A stretch of 64,000 nt of DNA from Acutalibacteraceae bacterium (GCA_045591645.1 JAZNTG010000001.1:942-64941), one strand, 5' to 3'. Counted from the stretch's first letter, positions 9,821 through 20,190 are shown. Notes: generated by a model from the letters alone, not told the origin. Numbers and translations are program-made.

Positions 9821-9829
9821 AGACCCTTC

Positions 9830-9888
9830 GGGTTCGAGTCCCAATATATAAAAAATAATAGCACCATCTTACGATAGTGCTATTATTT

Positions 9889-9891
<3 letters not shown>
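9830..9891. repeat. 62-bp direct repeat, copy 2 (terminator of the tRNA-Gly/tRNA-Arg unit)
   Basis: 61/62 identical to 8941-9002. It abuts and overlaps the CCA end of tRNA-Arg. On the minus strand the hairpin is followed by TTTTTT. Confidence 0.9.
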
Positions 9892-9965
<74 letters not shown>

Positions 9966-10006
9966 ATTACATATAAAAAAGCCCAATTTTCGGGCTTTTT
10001 TGAAGA

Positions 10007-10081
10007 TGGAGCGGGTGATGGGAATCGAACCCACGTCTCCAGCTTGGAAGGCTGGCATTCTAGCCGTTGAACAACACCCGC
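10007..10081 (-). tRNA. tRNA-Gly (anticodon TCC)
   Basis: GCGGGTG...CACCCGC acceptor, CCAGC-CTTCCAA-GCTGG anticodon arm, GGTTCGATTCC T arm, and CCA. Confidence 0.92.
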
Positions 10082-10141
10082 GAAAAATTGCAAGGAATAT
10101 AATAGCATACTTCTTGCAATTAGTCAATACTTTTTTTAAAT

Positions 10142-12415
10142 TTATGAAATAAAAATTTTATCTTCTTTCACACGGACCGAAAGAGTATCTATCCCGCTGT
10201 CTCCGCTCGAAATAATACGGTCTACAATGGGATCCTCTATCATTCTTCTGATATTATTTCTGAGGTCTCTTGCGCCCGATTTAGCTGAGCTGCTGAGTCT
10301 AGCCAGAATTCTATACACATCCTCACTGAAGGTGACGGTTATTCCCTTTTCAAGCATAATTTTCGACAGATCGGATAGCATTAACTCTGCAATCTTTACA
10401 AGGTCATCCTCCGACAGAGCTGAAAAAGCGATAATTTCGTCTACTCGGGCTATAAACTCGGGACGCAAAAATTCTTCCAATGCCGCAACTGCGCGTTCTC
10501 TGCTAGATTGGGCAACTGTTTTACTGAAGCCCATTATATTTTCACGCTTGTGACTTCCCGCGTTAGAGGTCATAACTATAAGGGTGTTTTCAAAATTTAC
10601 TGTTCTACCCTGAGAGTCGGTTATTCTTCCGTCATCGAGTATCTGTAAAAGGATGTTCAAAACATCGGGGTGCGCTTTTTCGATCTCATCGAAGAGCACT
10701 ACAGAATAGGGTTTTCTGCGAATCTTTTCGGTAAGCTGACCTGCTTCATCGTATCCTACATATCCGGGAGGCGCTCCAATGATTCTTGACACCGAGTGCT
10801 TTTCCATAAACTCGGACATATCAAGACGGATAAGCGTTTCGGGACTTGAGAAAAGCTGATCGGCAAGCACCTTTGCAAGCTCGGTCTTGCCCACACCTGT
10901 CGGTCCCACAAAGATAAACGAGGCAGGCTTTCTGTGAGCAGTTGTCTGCACGCGAGAGCGTTTAACAGCAGATGAAATATGATGTGCAGCCTCATCCTGA
11001 CCGATAATACGCTCCTTGATGCGGTCTTCAAGCTCACTAAGCTTCTTAAAATCGCTCTCCTCTACCTTTGCGGCGGGGATGCCTGTCCAAAGCTCTATCA
11101 CCCTTGCAACATCCTTTTCGGTCACTTCGTTTTGGGAAGCGGGAATATAAAGCTCAGAAGCTACTGCTTTCAGCTTATCGACCTCAGCCTTTACAAGTGC
11201 GAGCTTTTCATAATTAGGGTTATCTACCTCTGACTGCAGCTTTTCAAGCTCTATTTGCTTTTCTGCTATCTTTTTATTTGTAGTGTAAAGCTCGTCGACC
11301 GCTTTGTTTTCAAGGCTTGCACAAGCGCAGGCTTCATCAAGCAGATCAATCGCCTTGTCAGGAAGATATCTGTCACAAACATAGCGCTCAGATAAAGTAA
11401 CGATCTTTCTGATAAGCTCATCCGATACTGTTACGCTATGGAAGCCTTCATAATACCCTTTAATACCAAGAAGTATCTGAACTGCACTTTCGATTGAGGT
11501 TTCTTCAACTGTAACAGGCTGAAATCTTCGCTCTAACGCAGCGTCTTTTTCAATATATTTACGGTATTCCTTAAAGGTTGTTGCGCCTATAACCTGAATT
11601 TCTCCGCGTGAAAGAGCAGGCTTCATAATATTGGCGGCGTTCATTGAGCCTTCAGCCGAGTCCCCTGCTCCTACAAGATTATGGATCTCATCTATAAACA
11701 GAATAATATTTCCTGCGCTTTTGACCTCATCGATAAGACCCTTTACCCTGCTCTCAAATTGCCCGCGAAACTGTGTACCCGCAACAAGACTTGTAAGATC
11801 AAGCAAATGGATCTCTTTATCTAAAAGACGTGCAGGCGCCGTACCCTCGGCAATACTAAGAGCAAGTCCCTCAACAATTGCTGTTTTACCTACACCCGGC
11901 TCACCGATAAGGCAGGGATTGTTTTTTGAACGGCGCGAAAGGATCTGTATAGTACGGTAAAGCTCATCGTCGCGACCGATTATTACGTCAAGCTTACCCT
12001 CTTTTGCACGCTGAGTAAGGTTTATACAATAATGATCGATATACTTTCTGCGTTCTTTTTTAGGCTTGTTCTTGTCCTTATTTCCGTCCTCGGTCTTTTC
12101 GGATTTTTCTTCATCTGCTTTTGGAGTCATACCCAAGCTGCCGAAAATATTATTTAAAAAAGGAAATGCAGGCGCGGTGCCCATATCAAAATCCTCATCA
12201 GGATTATCGCTCATAACCTCTAGAAACTGCTCGCTCATCTGTTCAATATCCTCGTCGGAAATATTCATCTTTTTGAGCATATCGTCAATAGGCTTTATGC
12301 CTGACTCCTTTGCGCAAACAAGACATAGACCTTGTGGCTCGCTGCTTGTATTGTTAGAGTCGGAAATAAAAACGACAGCAGGTCTTTTACGGCATTTATA
12401 GCAGAGTTTCATCAT
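10142..12415 (-). CDS. ClpC/ClpA-family AAA+ unfoldase with N-terminal Cys4 ribbon instead of a Clp_N domain
   Basis: Two Walker A motifs (GEPGVGKT, GPTGVGKT), an MGF ClpP-loop-like tripeptide, and an N-terminal CYKC...CLVC. Confidence 0.88.
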   Translation of the reverse strand: MMKLCYKCRKRPAVVFISDSNNTSSEPQGLCLVCAKESGIKPIDDMLKKMNISDEDIEQMSEQFLEVMSDNPDEDFDMGTAPAFPFLNNIFGSLGMTPKADEEKSEKTEDGNKDKNKPKKERRKYIDHYCINLTQRAKEGKLDVIIGRDDELYRTIQILSRRSKNNPCLIGEPGVGKTAIVEGLALSIAEGTAPARLLDKEIHLLDLTSLVAGTQFRGQFESRVKGLIDEVKSAGNIILFIDEIHNLVGAGDSAEGSMNAANIMKPALSRGEIQVIGATTFKEYRKYIEKDAALERRFQPVTVEETSIESAVQILLGIKGYYEGFHSVTVSDELIRKIVTLSERYVCDRYLPDKAIDLLDEACACASLENKAVDELYTTNKKIAEKQIELEKLQSEVDNPNYEKLALVKAEVDKLKAVASELYIPASQNEVTEKDVARVIELWTGIPAAKVEESDFKKLSELEDRIKERIIGQDEAAHHISSAVKRSRVQTTAHRKPASFIFVGPTGVGKTELAKVLADQLFSSPETLIRLDMSEFMEKHSVSRIIGAPPGYVGYDEAGQLTEKIRRKPYSVVLFDEIEKAHPDVLNILLQILDDGRITDSQGRTVNFENTLIVMTSNAGSHKRENIMGFSKTVAQSSRERAVAALEEFLRPEFIARVDEIIAFSALSEDDLVKIAELMLSDLSKIMLEKGITVTFSEDVYRILARLSSSAKSGARDLRNNIRRMIEDPIVDRIISSGDSGIDTLSVRVKEDKIFIS

Positions 12416-12972
12416 TTTTTGGGATCTCCTTTAACTTGTCCGGAAAACATTCTAAAATATCCAGAGAGTGAAATAATCATACATATGATTGATGCAAAAG
12501 TAAGTATATAAAGCGGTATTCTTGAGATATCGACCAGATCAAGAAGCACCGTATAAAACATTGTCAGGAAAATTACTATTGTAGAAAGCTTTCCCCACCA
12601 GCGCGCAGAAATAGGCTTAATTCCGTTTGACAGGACATAGATTGCGGCAAATAAGGTAAACAATTCCTTTAAAAACAGCACACCGAACATCAAAAGCAGA
12701 GACGGATGATTGATGCAAAGGCAAAGCAGTATAACAACCTGTGTAAGCTTGTCTGCAATAGGATCCAATATTTTACCCAGATCCGATATCATATTAAATT
12801 TTCTCGCAATGAAGCCGTCGATGACATCGCTAAGACCGCTCAGTACGACCAGAATAATACAGAATATATAGCGGTTTTGAATATTGTCTGAAAAATAGCA
12901 GATAGCAAAAAACGGTATCATCAATAATCGAACAAATGAAATGATGTTAGGAATGGTAAAAAAATTTTTCAT
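12412..12972 (-). CDS. pgsA: CDP-diacylglycerol-glycerol-3-phosphate 3-phosphatidyltransferase
   Basis: CDP-alcohol phosphatidyltransferase motif DVIDGFIARK...GKILDPIADK in a multi-TM protein. Confidence 0.85.
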   Translation of the reverse strand: MKNFFTIPNIISFVRLLMIPFFAICYFSDNIQNRYIFCIILVVLSGLSDVIDGFIARKFNMISDLGKILDPIADKLTQVVILLCLCINHPSLLLMFGVLFLKELFTLFAAIYVLSNGIKPISARWWGKLSTIVIFLTMFYTVLLDLVDISRIPLYILTFASIICMIISLSGYFRMFSGQVKGDPKK

Positions 12973-12998
12973 TACAGAAAAACCCTCCGCAAATAAAT

Positions 12999-13700
12999 TT
13001 AGATCGAAAACGGAATAAAGTTCAAAACAGTTTTAAAAATGAATGATGCTTCAATAGCTTGCGACAGAGTCTCCGAAGCTGAAAGATTAGAGATCAATGA
13101 AACGATCAAGCAGAAAATAATAACAAACACAACGCCTGTACCAAGACCGAGCACCAAGCCCAGCGCTGTGTCAAGGCGTCCGAAGATATTTCCCTTTATA
13201 AGTGCTTTAATGAACTTTGCCAAAAATCTGGAAAGAAATACAAACGGTACGAAAAGAACTAATACAAATACATATTTTAGTATCGAGATAACCGCAGGCT
13301 TAATGGCGTTATCACAGAGGGCCGTTGTAAGATTCTCCGTGTCTATTGTATCAGAGCTTACAGAAGAAGCTATCTTCTCTGCTGAGTAACCAGCCTTTTC
13401 AGCATACTCACAGACAAATGAGGGCAATGACGAATAAATGCTGTTTACAGCATCAGAAACTGCAGCTTCCGATTTATCGGACAAATTTACAACTGCTCCG
13501 CTCACTGTGTCAGAGACTGCCTCATCAATAAAAAGTGAGTATGTAGCCTCTGCTAACGGCGGTGCCATGGTTAAAGAAAGTATGATAGCGACAATAATGC
13601 CTACTACACCTATCAAGGATTTTAAGAAGCCTTTTTTTGTAATGATTATAACTGAAAAAACTAAAACTGCAACTATTATAGCATCAAGAATAATATTCAT
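12999..13700 (-). CDS. CvpA-family membrane protein
   Basis: CvpA-like N-terminus (DAIIVAVLVFSVIIITKKGFLKSLIGVVG). Multi-TM with an inserted Ser/Ala-rich soluble segment. Confidence 0.55.
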   Translation of the reverse strand: MNIILDAIIVAVLVFSVIIITKKGFLKSLIGVVGIIVAIILSLTMAPPLAEATYSLFIDEAVSDTVSGAVVNLSDKSEAAVSDAVNSIYSSLPSFVCEYAEKAGYSAEKIASSVSSDTIDTENLTTALCDNAIKPAVISILKYVFVLVLFVPFVFLSRFLAKFIKALIKGNIFGRLDTALGLVLGLGTGVVFVIIFCLIVSLISNLSASETLSQAIEASFIFKTVLNFIPFSI

Positions 13701-13706
13701 ATATGA

Positions 13707-14993
13707 CTACTCTCCCTGTTTACATGAAATTTTTGAAATTGACGAGCCGTTTACTGCTACAATATATTTTTCCGAGATCGGAACTATTACTTTTGTATCA
13801 AAAGGAACCGAGGCCGTACAAATAACGCTTCCGCTCATATCCAGCTGGTGCACAACGGAATCGCTGAGTATATACAGATAATCAGATCCGTAAGCGATGT
13901 AATTTACAGGAAAATCAACCGTAAATGAAGCAGTTGAGGCTCCCTTACTGTTATAAACAGCGATATGATTCTTATCTGTATTCGCAGAAAGACTGCTGAG
14001 TACAGTAAGATTTTTTTCAAAGTGATCAGCCATTTTATAGGTGTACTCTGTTTCTTCGCACCTGACCGTACCGTCCTTCAGGTTAATGAAACGCATATAA
14101 TTTTCGGAAATCGCACAAATGTTATTTTTTGAAAGATGATATATGCCGTAGATCAGGTCATTTTCAAAAACAAAGCTTGTTTCAGGGTCGGCAGAACCAA
14201 AATTAAACAATCTCAGCTTTGTATTAAAGGCACCGTTATCTGCCGTGAGCGTTGCTACTATGATCTGGTCGTTTAAAGTCAAGGAAACCGAAGATACGAT
14301 ACCGTCTGAGCTATACCACTCATAGAGTATCTTTTCATTTTTATCGTATACACGAACAACAGAATCGTAGCCGTCTGCATAAGTTGCAACCGCGAAATTT
14401 CCGTTGTCGGCTATATCGGCACAAAGAATTTTTTTATCGTAATGCAGGTTTGAAATCTCATTTTCAAAATTGAAAATTTTGACCGTCTGTTCACCCTGAC
14501 CGTAAACGAGATATCTTGTTTCGGCAGCTTTCATAACAGGCTTAGCAAAACCGTGATTGATACTGGAAATAGCTTTGCCGCTGTTGTTGATACACTCAAC
14601 TCTTTTATCTGTCATCAAATAATAATAATCACTGCTGCGTATGCCTCCGATAATGTCCTCACCCTTCAGCTGAGTGGTATAAACATCGCCCGAACCGATC
14701 GTCTTATAAAGTGATGAAAAATATTCGGTGACTCCTATCGGGTGGAAGACAAGAATGATTAGATATACGCTAACCAGAACAATAGCAACCACTAAAGAGA
14801 GAACTACAGATAGCCTTACTTCACTTTTCCTTCCTCGAATCAGCTGAAGCTTGGGCCTCACCGACTGCTCGCGGTAAGTCTTATTGATTTGTTTTTTAGA
14901 GCTTCGCATGGTAATGCTTTCTGCTCTGTTTTCTTTAGGTACTTTTTGAATAGGTACTTTTTTAGAAACTTTTTTCTTTTTGTAATCAGCCAT
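13707..14993 (-). CDS. Hypothetical single-pass membrane protein with a repeat-rich (beta-propeller-like) ectodomain, possibly DUF5711-like
   Basis: Basic N-terminus, one TM helix (VVLSLVVAIVLVSVYLIILVF), then about 330 aa of beta-rich repeats. The family assignment is from memory only. Confidence 0.5.
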   Translation of the reverse strand: MADYKKKKVSKKVPIQKVPKENRAESITMRSSKKQINKTYREQSVRPKLQLIRGRKSEVRLSVVLSLVVAIVLVSVYLIILVFHPIGVTEYFSSLYKTIGSGDVYTTQLKGEDIIGGIRSSDYYYLMTDKRVECINNSGKAISSINHGFAKPVMKAAETRYLVYGQGEQTVKIFNFENEISNLHYDKKILCADIADNGNFAVATYADGYDSVVRVYDKNEKILYEWYSSDGIVSSVSLTLNDQIIVATLTADNGAFNTKLRLFNFGSADPETSFVFENDLIYGIYHLSKNNICAISENYMRFINLKDGTVRCEETEYTYKMADHFEKNLTVLSSLSANTDKNHIAVYNSKGASTASFTVDFPVNYIAYGSDYLYILSDSVVHQLDMSGSVICTASVPFDTKVIVPISEKYIVAVNGSSISKISCKQGE

Positions 14994-15009
14994 ATTTAAA
15001 ACCTTTACA

Positions 15010-15753
15010 TTAATATAATACCTGTGTTAAATACAGTCCGTCGGGCGGAGCAGTGATTCCTGCTCTTGATCTGTCGCAGGAAGTAATAATATCATCAAGC
15101 TCTGCGACGTCAATTTTTCGGTCAGAAACCTCAACCGCTGTCCCGACAATGATACGCACCATATTGTAAAGAAATCCGTCAGCGGTAACTCTTAAAGTCA
15201 CAATATCACCGACACGTGACACTGAACACTGAGAAACACACCTTACTGTATCCGTTACAGTTCTTCCCGATGAAGAAAAGCCGTAAAAATCATGCGTACC
15301 GCAAATCTTCTGACAAAATTCATTCATTAAGTCGATATCAAGTGTCCGCTCGATATGCCAAGCTTTACCGTGTAAGAACGGATCATGAATTCGAGAATTC
15401 AATATCTTATACTCATATGTCTTGCCCTTTGCAGAATATCTTGCGTGAAAATCATCTTCAACATATTTTGCAGAAATCACACAGATGTCTTTAGGTAAGA
15501 CTGAATTAAGACCGCGGACAATGCCGTTCTCACTGATGTAAAAAGGTGCATCAAAATGACAGAAAAATTCCTTTGCGTGTACACCTGCATCAGTCCTGCT
15601 GCAGCCTGTAAGATTGATATTACACTTAAACATCTGCTCAATCTTTGACTGTAGTACTTGCTGAACGGTAATGCCGTTTGGCTGCACCTGCCAGCCGTGG
15701 TAGGCTGTGCCGACATATGATATTTTTAATAGTACTCTTTCCATAAGCATCAC
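15010..15753 (-). CDS. truA: tRNA pseudouridine(38-40) synthase TruA
   Basis: KISYVGTAYHGWQVQ and GCSRTDAGVHA catalytic Asp motif. The start may instead be the Met at 15744. Confidence 0.93.
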   Translation of the reverse strand: MMLMERVLLKISYVGTAYHGWQVQPNGITVQQVLQSKIEQMFKCNINLTGCSRTDAGVHAKEFFCHFDAPFYISENGIVRGLNSVLPKDICVISAKYVEDDFHARYSAKGKTYEYKILNSRIHDPFLHGKAWHIERTLDIDLMNEFCQKICGTHDFYGFSSSGRTVTDTVRCVSQCSVSRVGDIVTLRVTADGFLYNMVRIIVGTAVEVSDRKIDVAELDDIITSCDRSRAGITAPPDGLYLTQVLY

Positions 15754-16562
15754 TTAATATAAATATCAGTTAAAATGACAGCAGCCAACAACAAAATACA
15801 CACAGCAAGAGAAAAATAATCTCTTCCTGACATCTTCAGCTGCTTCATACGCTGCCTGCCGACTCCGCCGTTATAACAGCGACATTCCATAGCTTCTGCA
15901 AGGTCGTATGCGCGCCTGACCGAAGAGATCAAAAGCGGTATCAAGATCGGGAGTAATGCTTTAATTCTTCTAATTATACCGCCCGACTCCATATCAGCTC
16001 CCCTCGCCTTCTGCGCATTCATAATTTTATCCGTCTCGTCGATAAGAGTTGGAATAAAGCGAAGGGCAATAGTCATCATCATAGACACTGTGTGGACTGC
16101 GCTGCCAAGCCCGACGAATTTCAGCGGCTTTAACAGCCTTTCTAAAGCATCGGTTATATCGTTCGGTGTTGTTGTGTAGGTAAGAACAGAGCTTATGAGT
16201 ATGAGAAGGAGTATTCTAAGCGACATAAAAATAGCTCTTGAAATTCCGCCGCTGTAGATAGAGATATTCCAGAAAAGAGGATATTCTGTACCTGTTTGTG
16301 TATAAAAGAGGTTCAGAAGCGACGTAAAGATCACTATGGGAATAATTACCTTAATATTTTTAAAATAAAGCTTTACAGATACCTTAGACAATACCAGTAT
16401 CATTACGGTAAAGAAGGTAAAAATTCCGAGAGAAGCAAATCCTTTGCAGATAAATAGCATTATGACCAGAAGGAGCATCAGGACAATTTTCAGCCTTGGA
16501 TCCATTCGGTGGATAACTGAGTCAGCACGAAAATACTGACCGAAGGTAACGTCCTTAATCAC
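15750..16562 (-). CDS. ecfT: Energy-coupling factor transporter transmembrane protein EcfT
   Basis: Multi-TM protein with the conserved ARG...AMExR coupling motifs, downstream of two EcfA ATPases. Confidence 0.9.
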   Translation of the reverse strand: MIKDVTFGQYFRADSVIHRMDPRLKIVLMLLLVIMLFICKGFASLGIFTFFTVMILVLSKVSVKLYFKNIKVIIPIVIFTSLLNLFYTQTGTEYPLFWNISIYSGGISRAIFMSLRILLLILISSVLTYTTTPNDITDALERLLKPLKFVGLGSAVHTVSMMMTIALRFIPTLIDETDKIMNAQKARGADMESGGIIRRIKALLPILIPLLISSVRRAYDLAEAMECRCYNGGVGRQRMKQLKMSGRDYFSLAVCILLLAAVILTDIYIK

Positions 16563-17424
16563 GGATTTCCCTCCTCTCCTTCAACAGAGAAAGAACATAC
16601 TGCTCAGCCTCATCAACGGTAATTATACCATCTGAGCTGATATTGTGTTTTTCTTTTAACTGCATAAAGATCTGCGTCACTATGGGAACATTAAGACCAA
16701 TGCTCCTAAGCTGCTCTGTTTTTGAAAATATCTCTTTTGCAGTGCCGAAATCATAGACTGTGCCTTTATTCAACACAAGTATTTTATCACAAATCGCAGC
16801 CATATCCTCCATCGAGTGAGAAACTATAATGACAGATGCTTTATTATTTATGCGGTAATCACTGATTGCTTTAAAAATTGCCTGTCTGCCAACAGGATCA
16901 AGTCCTGCGGTGGGCTCATCAAATACGATAAGCTCAGGCTCCATCGCAACAACGCCTGCAATAGCGACCCTGCGCTTCTGACCGCCTGAAAGATCAAAGG
17001 GCGACTTTTCAAACAGCTCCTCACCAAAGCCTAAAAGCTCAGCAGAACGTCTGATCCGTTTATCAATCTCTTCTGCATCAAGTCCCATATTTTTGGGTCC
17101 GAAAGCAATATCTTCATAGACGGTCTCTTCAAAAAGCTGATACTCAGGATACTGAAAAACAAGTCCTACACGAGTTCTTACCTTAGCGATCTCCTTTGGC
17201 TTGTCCCAGATATCGACACCATCAAGTAGTATTTTTCCGCTGTCAGGCTTCAAAAGTCCGTTCAGATGCGATACAAGGGTAGACTTACCCGACCCTGTAT
17301 GCCCAATTATACCGAGGATCTCACCTTTTTCGAGCGAAAAAGAAATATTATTGATCGCAGGTTTACTATTTTTATCTGCGACAGAATAATTATGAGAAAG
17401 GTCTGAAACCTCTAAAAAATACAC
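16555..17424 (-). CDS. ecfA2: ECF transporter ATPase EcfA2
   Basis: Walker A GHTGSGKST, LSGGQKRR and Walker B motifs. The start is set at a GTG with GGAGG 6 nt upstream, directly after the ecfA1 stop. Confidence 0.9.
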   Translation of the reverse strand: MYFLEVSDLSHNYSVADKNSKPAINNISFSLEKGEILGIIGHTGSGKSTLVSHLNGLLKPDSGKILLDGVDIWDKPKEIAKVRTRVGLVFQYPEYQLFEETVYEDIAFGPKNMGLDAEEIDKRIRRSAELLGFGEELFEKSPFDLSGGQKRRVAIAGVVAMEPELIVFDEPTAGLDPVGRQAIFKAISDYRINNKASVIIVSHSMEDMAAICDKILVLNKGTVYDFGTAKEIFSKTEQLRSIGLNVPIVTQIFMQLKEKHNISSDGIITVDEAEQYVLSLLKERREIRD

Positions 17425-17425
17425 G

Positions 17426-18274
17426 TTATTCCTCCGAGGATAAAAGTTTTGCAATTATGTCTGCGCATTTATCGACAGACATAACACCTTTTTCGATATT
17501 TCTGTCAAGGCTTGACAGGCGGTGTAAAAGCTCAGTAGTCTGAGGTAATTCAAGACCTGCTTCTATTAGCTTGTCTGTTTGTGAAAACACCTCATTAGGT
17601 CTTCCGTCTGCAGTTATCCTACCGTCACACATAACGATAACTCTGTCAGCGTCAACCGCTTCTTCCATAAAATGGGTTATCAGAACAACGGTAATACTTT
17701 TCTCTTTGTTCAGACGGCGTATGGTAGAAATAACTTCTTTCCTTCCCTTGGGGTCGAGCATAGCAGTCGGCTCGTCAAGCACAAGACACTCAGGCTCCAT
17801 TGCGATTATACCCGCGATAGCAACTCGCTGCTTTTGTCCGCCCGACAGCTTGTGAGTAAGATCAGTTCGCTTATCGAACATATCGACCGCTTTTAGAGCA
17901 GTATCAACGCGTTTTCTGATAACTTCTGGCGATAATCCAAGATTCTCAGGACCGAAAGCTACGTCTTCCTCAACTACCGAGGAAACTATCTGATTATCGG
18001 GATTTTGAAAAACAAGACCAACCTTGCTTTTAATCTGTAACTCACGTTCTTCATCAGCAGTATCGATACCGTCAACAAGAACACAGCCGGCAGAAGGCTT
18101 TATAAGTCCGTTGGTCAGCTTAGCCATCGTACTTTTTCCCGAGCCGTTATGACCGAGAACAACATTAAAGCTTCCTCTTTCGATTTTCAGAGAAAAATCG
18201 CTGAAAACATTGTAAGAACGATCGTCAGCTTCATATTTAAATGTCACATTATCAAACTCAATAACAGTATTCAT
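17426..18274 (-). CDS. ecfA1: ECF transporter ATPase EcfA1
   Basis: GHNGSGKST, LSGGQKQR and LVLDEPT motifs. The start is at ATG 18274 (TAATG overlap with the upstream stop). Confidence 0.9.
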   Translation of the reverse strand: MNTVIEFDNVTFKYEADDRSYNVFSDFSLKIERGSFNVVLGHNGSGKSTMAKLTNGLIKPSAGCVLVDGIDTADEERELQIKSKVGLVFQNPDNQIVSSVVEEDVAFGPENLGLSPEVIRKRVDTALKAVDMFDKRTDLTHKLSGGQKQRVAIAGIIAMEPECLVLDEPTAMLDPKGRKEVISTIRRLNKEKSITVVLITHFMEEAVDADRVIVMCDGRITADGRPNEVFSQTDKLIEAGLELPQTTELLHRLSSLDRNIEKGVMSVDKCADIIAKLLSSEE

Positions 18275-19146
18275 TAAATATCTCTTTCGGTCCAAATTGT
18301 TGTATTTCCGCAAGGCAAGACGATATCTCGCTCGGTCACATTAAGACCGATCTCATCAGTGAACACACGTCCATTTTTGCAGGGCGGAATATATTCTTTA
18401 ACCAAATAATTCAATATTGTCGGTGAAAGACCGCCTGTATATGAATTAAGGAAAAAGAAAAGAGGTTTCTCGGAGATGATCTGACCAATATCAGAAAGAA
18501 GTTCTCCGATTTGCTGCTCGAGTTTCCATACCTCGCCGTTTGGTCCTCTGCCATAAGAAGGAGGATCCATAATTATAGCGTCATACTTGTTTCCTCTTCT
18601 TATTTCTCTCTTCACAAATTTTTGACAGTCATCAACAAGCCATCTGACCGATCTGTCAGAAAGACCTGAAACAGCAGCATTTTCCTTTGCCCAGCTGACC
18701 ATACCCTTAGACGCATCTACGTGGGTCACGCTAGCGCCTGCATTAAGACAAGCAAGCGTCGCACCGCCAGTATAAGCAAACAGATTCAGTACTGAAATCG
18801 GTCTGTCAGCCTCACGGATAAGTTTATCTGCGAGCTTCCAGTTTACCGCCTGCTCGGGAAACAGACCAGTATGCTTAAAGCCCATTGGTTTAAGTCTGAA
18901 TGTAAGATCATTGTATGCTATAGACCATACATCAGGCACCTTTTTGAGATTTTCCCAATACCCTCCGCCACTGTTGGATCGATGATAAACAGCGTCAGCA
19001 GAAAACCAGAGTTTATTCTTCTTATCACTATGCCACATAATCTGAGGATCGGGACGAATAAGGATTATATTTCCCCATCTCTCAAGTCTCTGGCCATCTG
19101 TAGCGTCAATAAGTTCATAATCAAAAAAATCGTTTGTAAACCTCAT
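18274..19146 (-). CDS. Class I SAM-dependent (rRNA RlmI/RlmK-like) methyltransferase
   Basis: VLNLFAYTGGATLA SAM motif I and IIMDPPSYGRG motif IV. Confidence 0.8.
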   Translation of the reverse strand: MRFTNDFFDYELIDATDGQRLERWGNIILIRPDPQIMWHSDKKNKLWFSADAVYHRSNSGGGYWENLKKVPDVWSIAYNDLTFRLKPMGFKHTGLFPEQAVNWKLADKLIREADRPISVLNLFAYTGGATLACLNAGASVTHVDASKGMVSWAKENAAVSGLSDRSVRWLVDDCQKFVKREIRRGNKYDAIIMDPPSYGRGPNGEVWKLEQQIGELLSDIGQIISEKPLFFFLNSYTGGLSPTILNYLVKEYIPPCKNGRVFTDEIGLNVTERDIVLPCGNTTIWTERDI

Positions 19147-19155
19147 AATCGATCC

Positions 19156-20190
19156 TTAAAAAATAGTTTGCTGCGCATCACCTGCATAGGTAACGCCGAG
19201 ATGCTCATACGCCATCTTAGTGACGCATCGTCCTCTGTTAGTACGGGTCAAAAAGCCTATCTGCATAAGATACGGCTCATATACATCCTCGATAGTTATA
19301 GCCTCTTCTCCGACAGCTGCCGCCAAGGTGTCTAGACCGACAGGTCCGCCTCCGTAGTTTGTTATGATGGCGCGAAGCATCTTTCTGTCAAAGTCATCGA
19401 GACCCAGCTCATCTATTTCAAAACGTCGGAGCGCACTTTTCGCAACCTCTTCGGTGATAATACCGTCAAACTGAACCTCGCAGATATCGCGAACCCTTTT
19501 AAGAAGCCTATTAGCTATTCGCGGAGTTCCTCTTGAACGGGACGCTATCTCTAATGCACCGTCGTGCTCTATCTGAATACCGAGGATGCCTGCAGAGCGC
19601 TCTACTATCTTTGCTAGCTCTTCCGGAGTATATAGCTCCAGTCGAAGCAAAACACCAAAACGATCGCGAAGAGGTGCAGTAAGCTGACCTGAACGGGTCG
19701 TTGCACCGACTAAGGTAAAGTGAGGTACATCGATCCTGATAGAGCGCGCCGAAGGACCCTTTCCGATAATAATATCAAGTGAAAAGTCCTCCATTACAGG
19801 ATATAAGACCTCTTCTACTATTCTCGGCAGTCTGTGTATCTCATCTATAAACAGAACGTCGCCTTCAGATAAATTTGTCAGCAGAGCGACAAGATCTCCC
19901 TGCTTTTCAATTGCAGGACCCGAGGTAACACGTATATTAACGCCCATTTCGTGAGCTATGATGTTGGATAATGTAGTTTTACCAAGTCCTGGAGGGCCGT
20001 ATAAAAGCACATGATCAAGCGACTCATGACGTGCAAGTGCCGCTTTAATATAGATCTCAAGATTTTCCTTTGCTTTTTCCTGGCCGACATAATCGGAAAG
20101 AGTCCGAGGGCGAAGTGAAACCTCTGCATCGTCAGCCTCAGCAGAATATTCGGGCATCACTATGCGATTTTCAAATTCCTGTTCAAACAT
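19156..20190 (-). CDS. ruvB: Holliday junction branch migration helicase RuvB
   Basis: [15 protein letters not shown] and the typical RuvB C-terminus. Confidence 0.97.
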   Translation of the reverse strand: MFEQEFENRIVMPEYSAEADDAEVSLRPRTLSDYVGQEKAKENLEIYIKAALARHESLDHVLLYGPPGLGKTTLSNIIAHEMGVNIRVTSGPAIEKQGDLVALLTNLSEGDVLFIDEIHRLPRIVEEVLYPVMEDFSLDIIIGKGPSARSIRIDVPHFTLVGATTRSGQLTAPLRDRFGVLLRLELYTPEELAKIVERSAGILGIQIEHDGALEIASRSRGTPRIANRLLKRVRDICEVQFDGIITEEVAKSALRRFEIDELGLDDFDRKMLRAIITNYGGGPVGLDTLAAAVGEEAITIEDVYEPYLMQIGFLTRTNRGRCVTKMAYEHLGVTYAGDAQQTIF

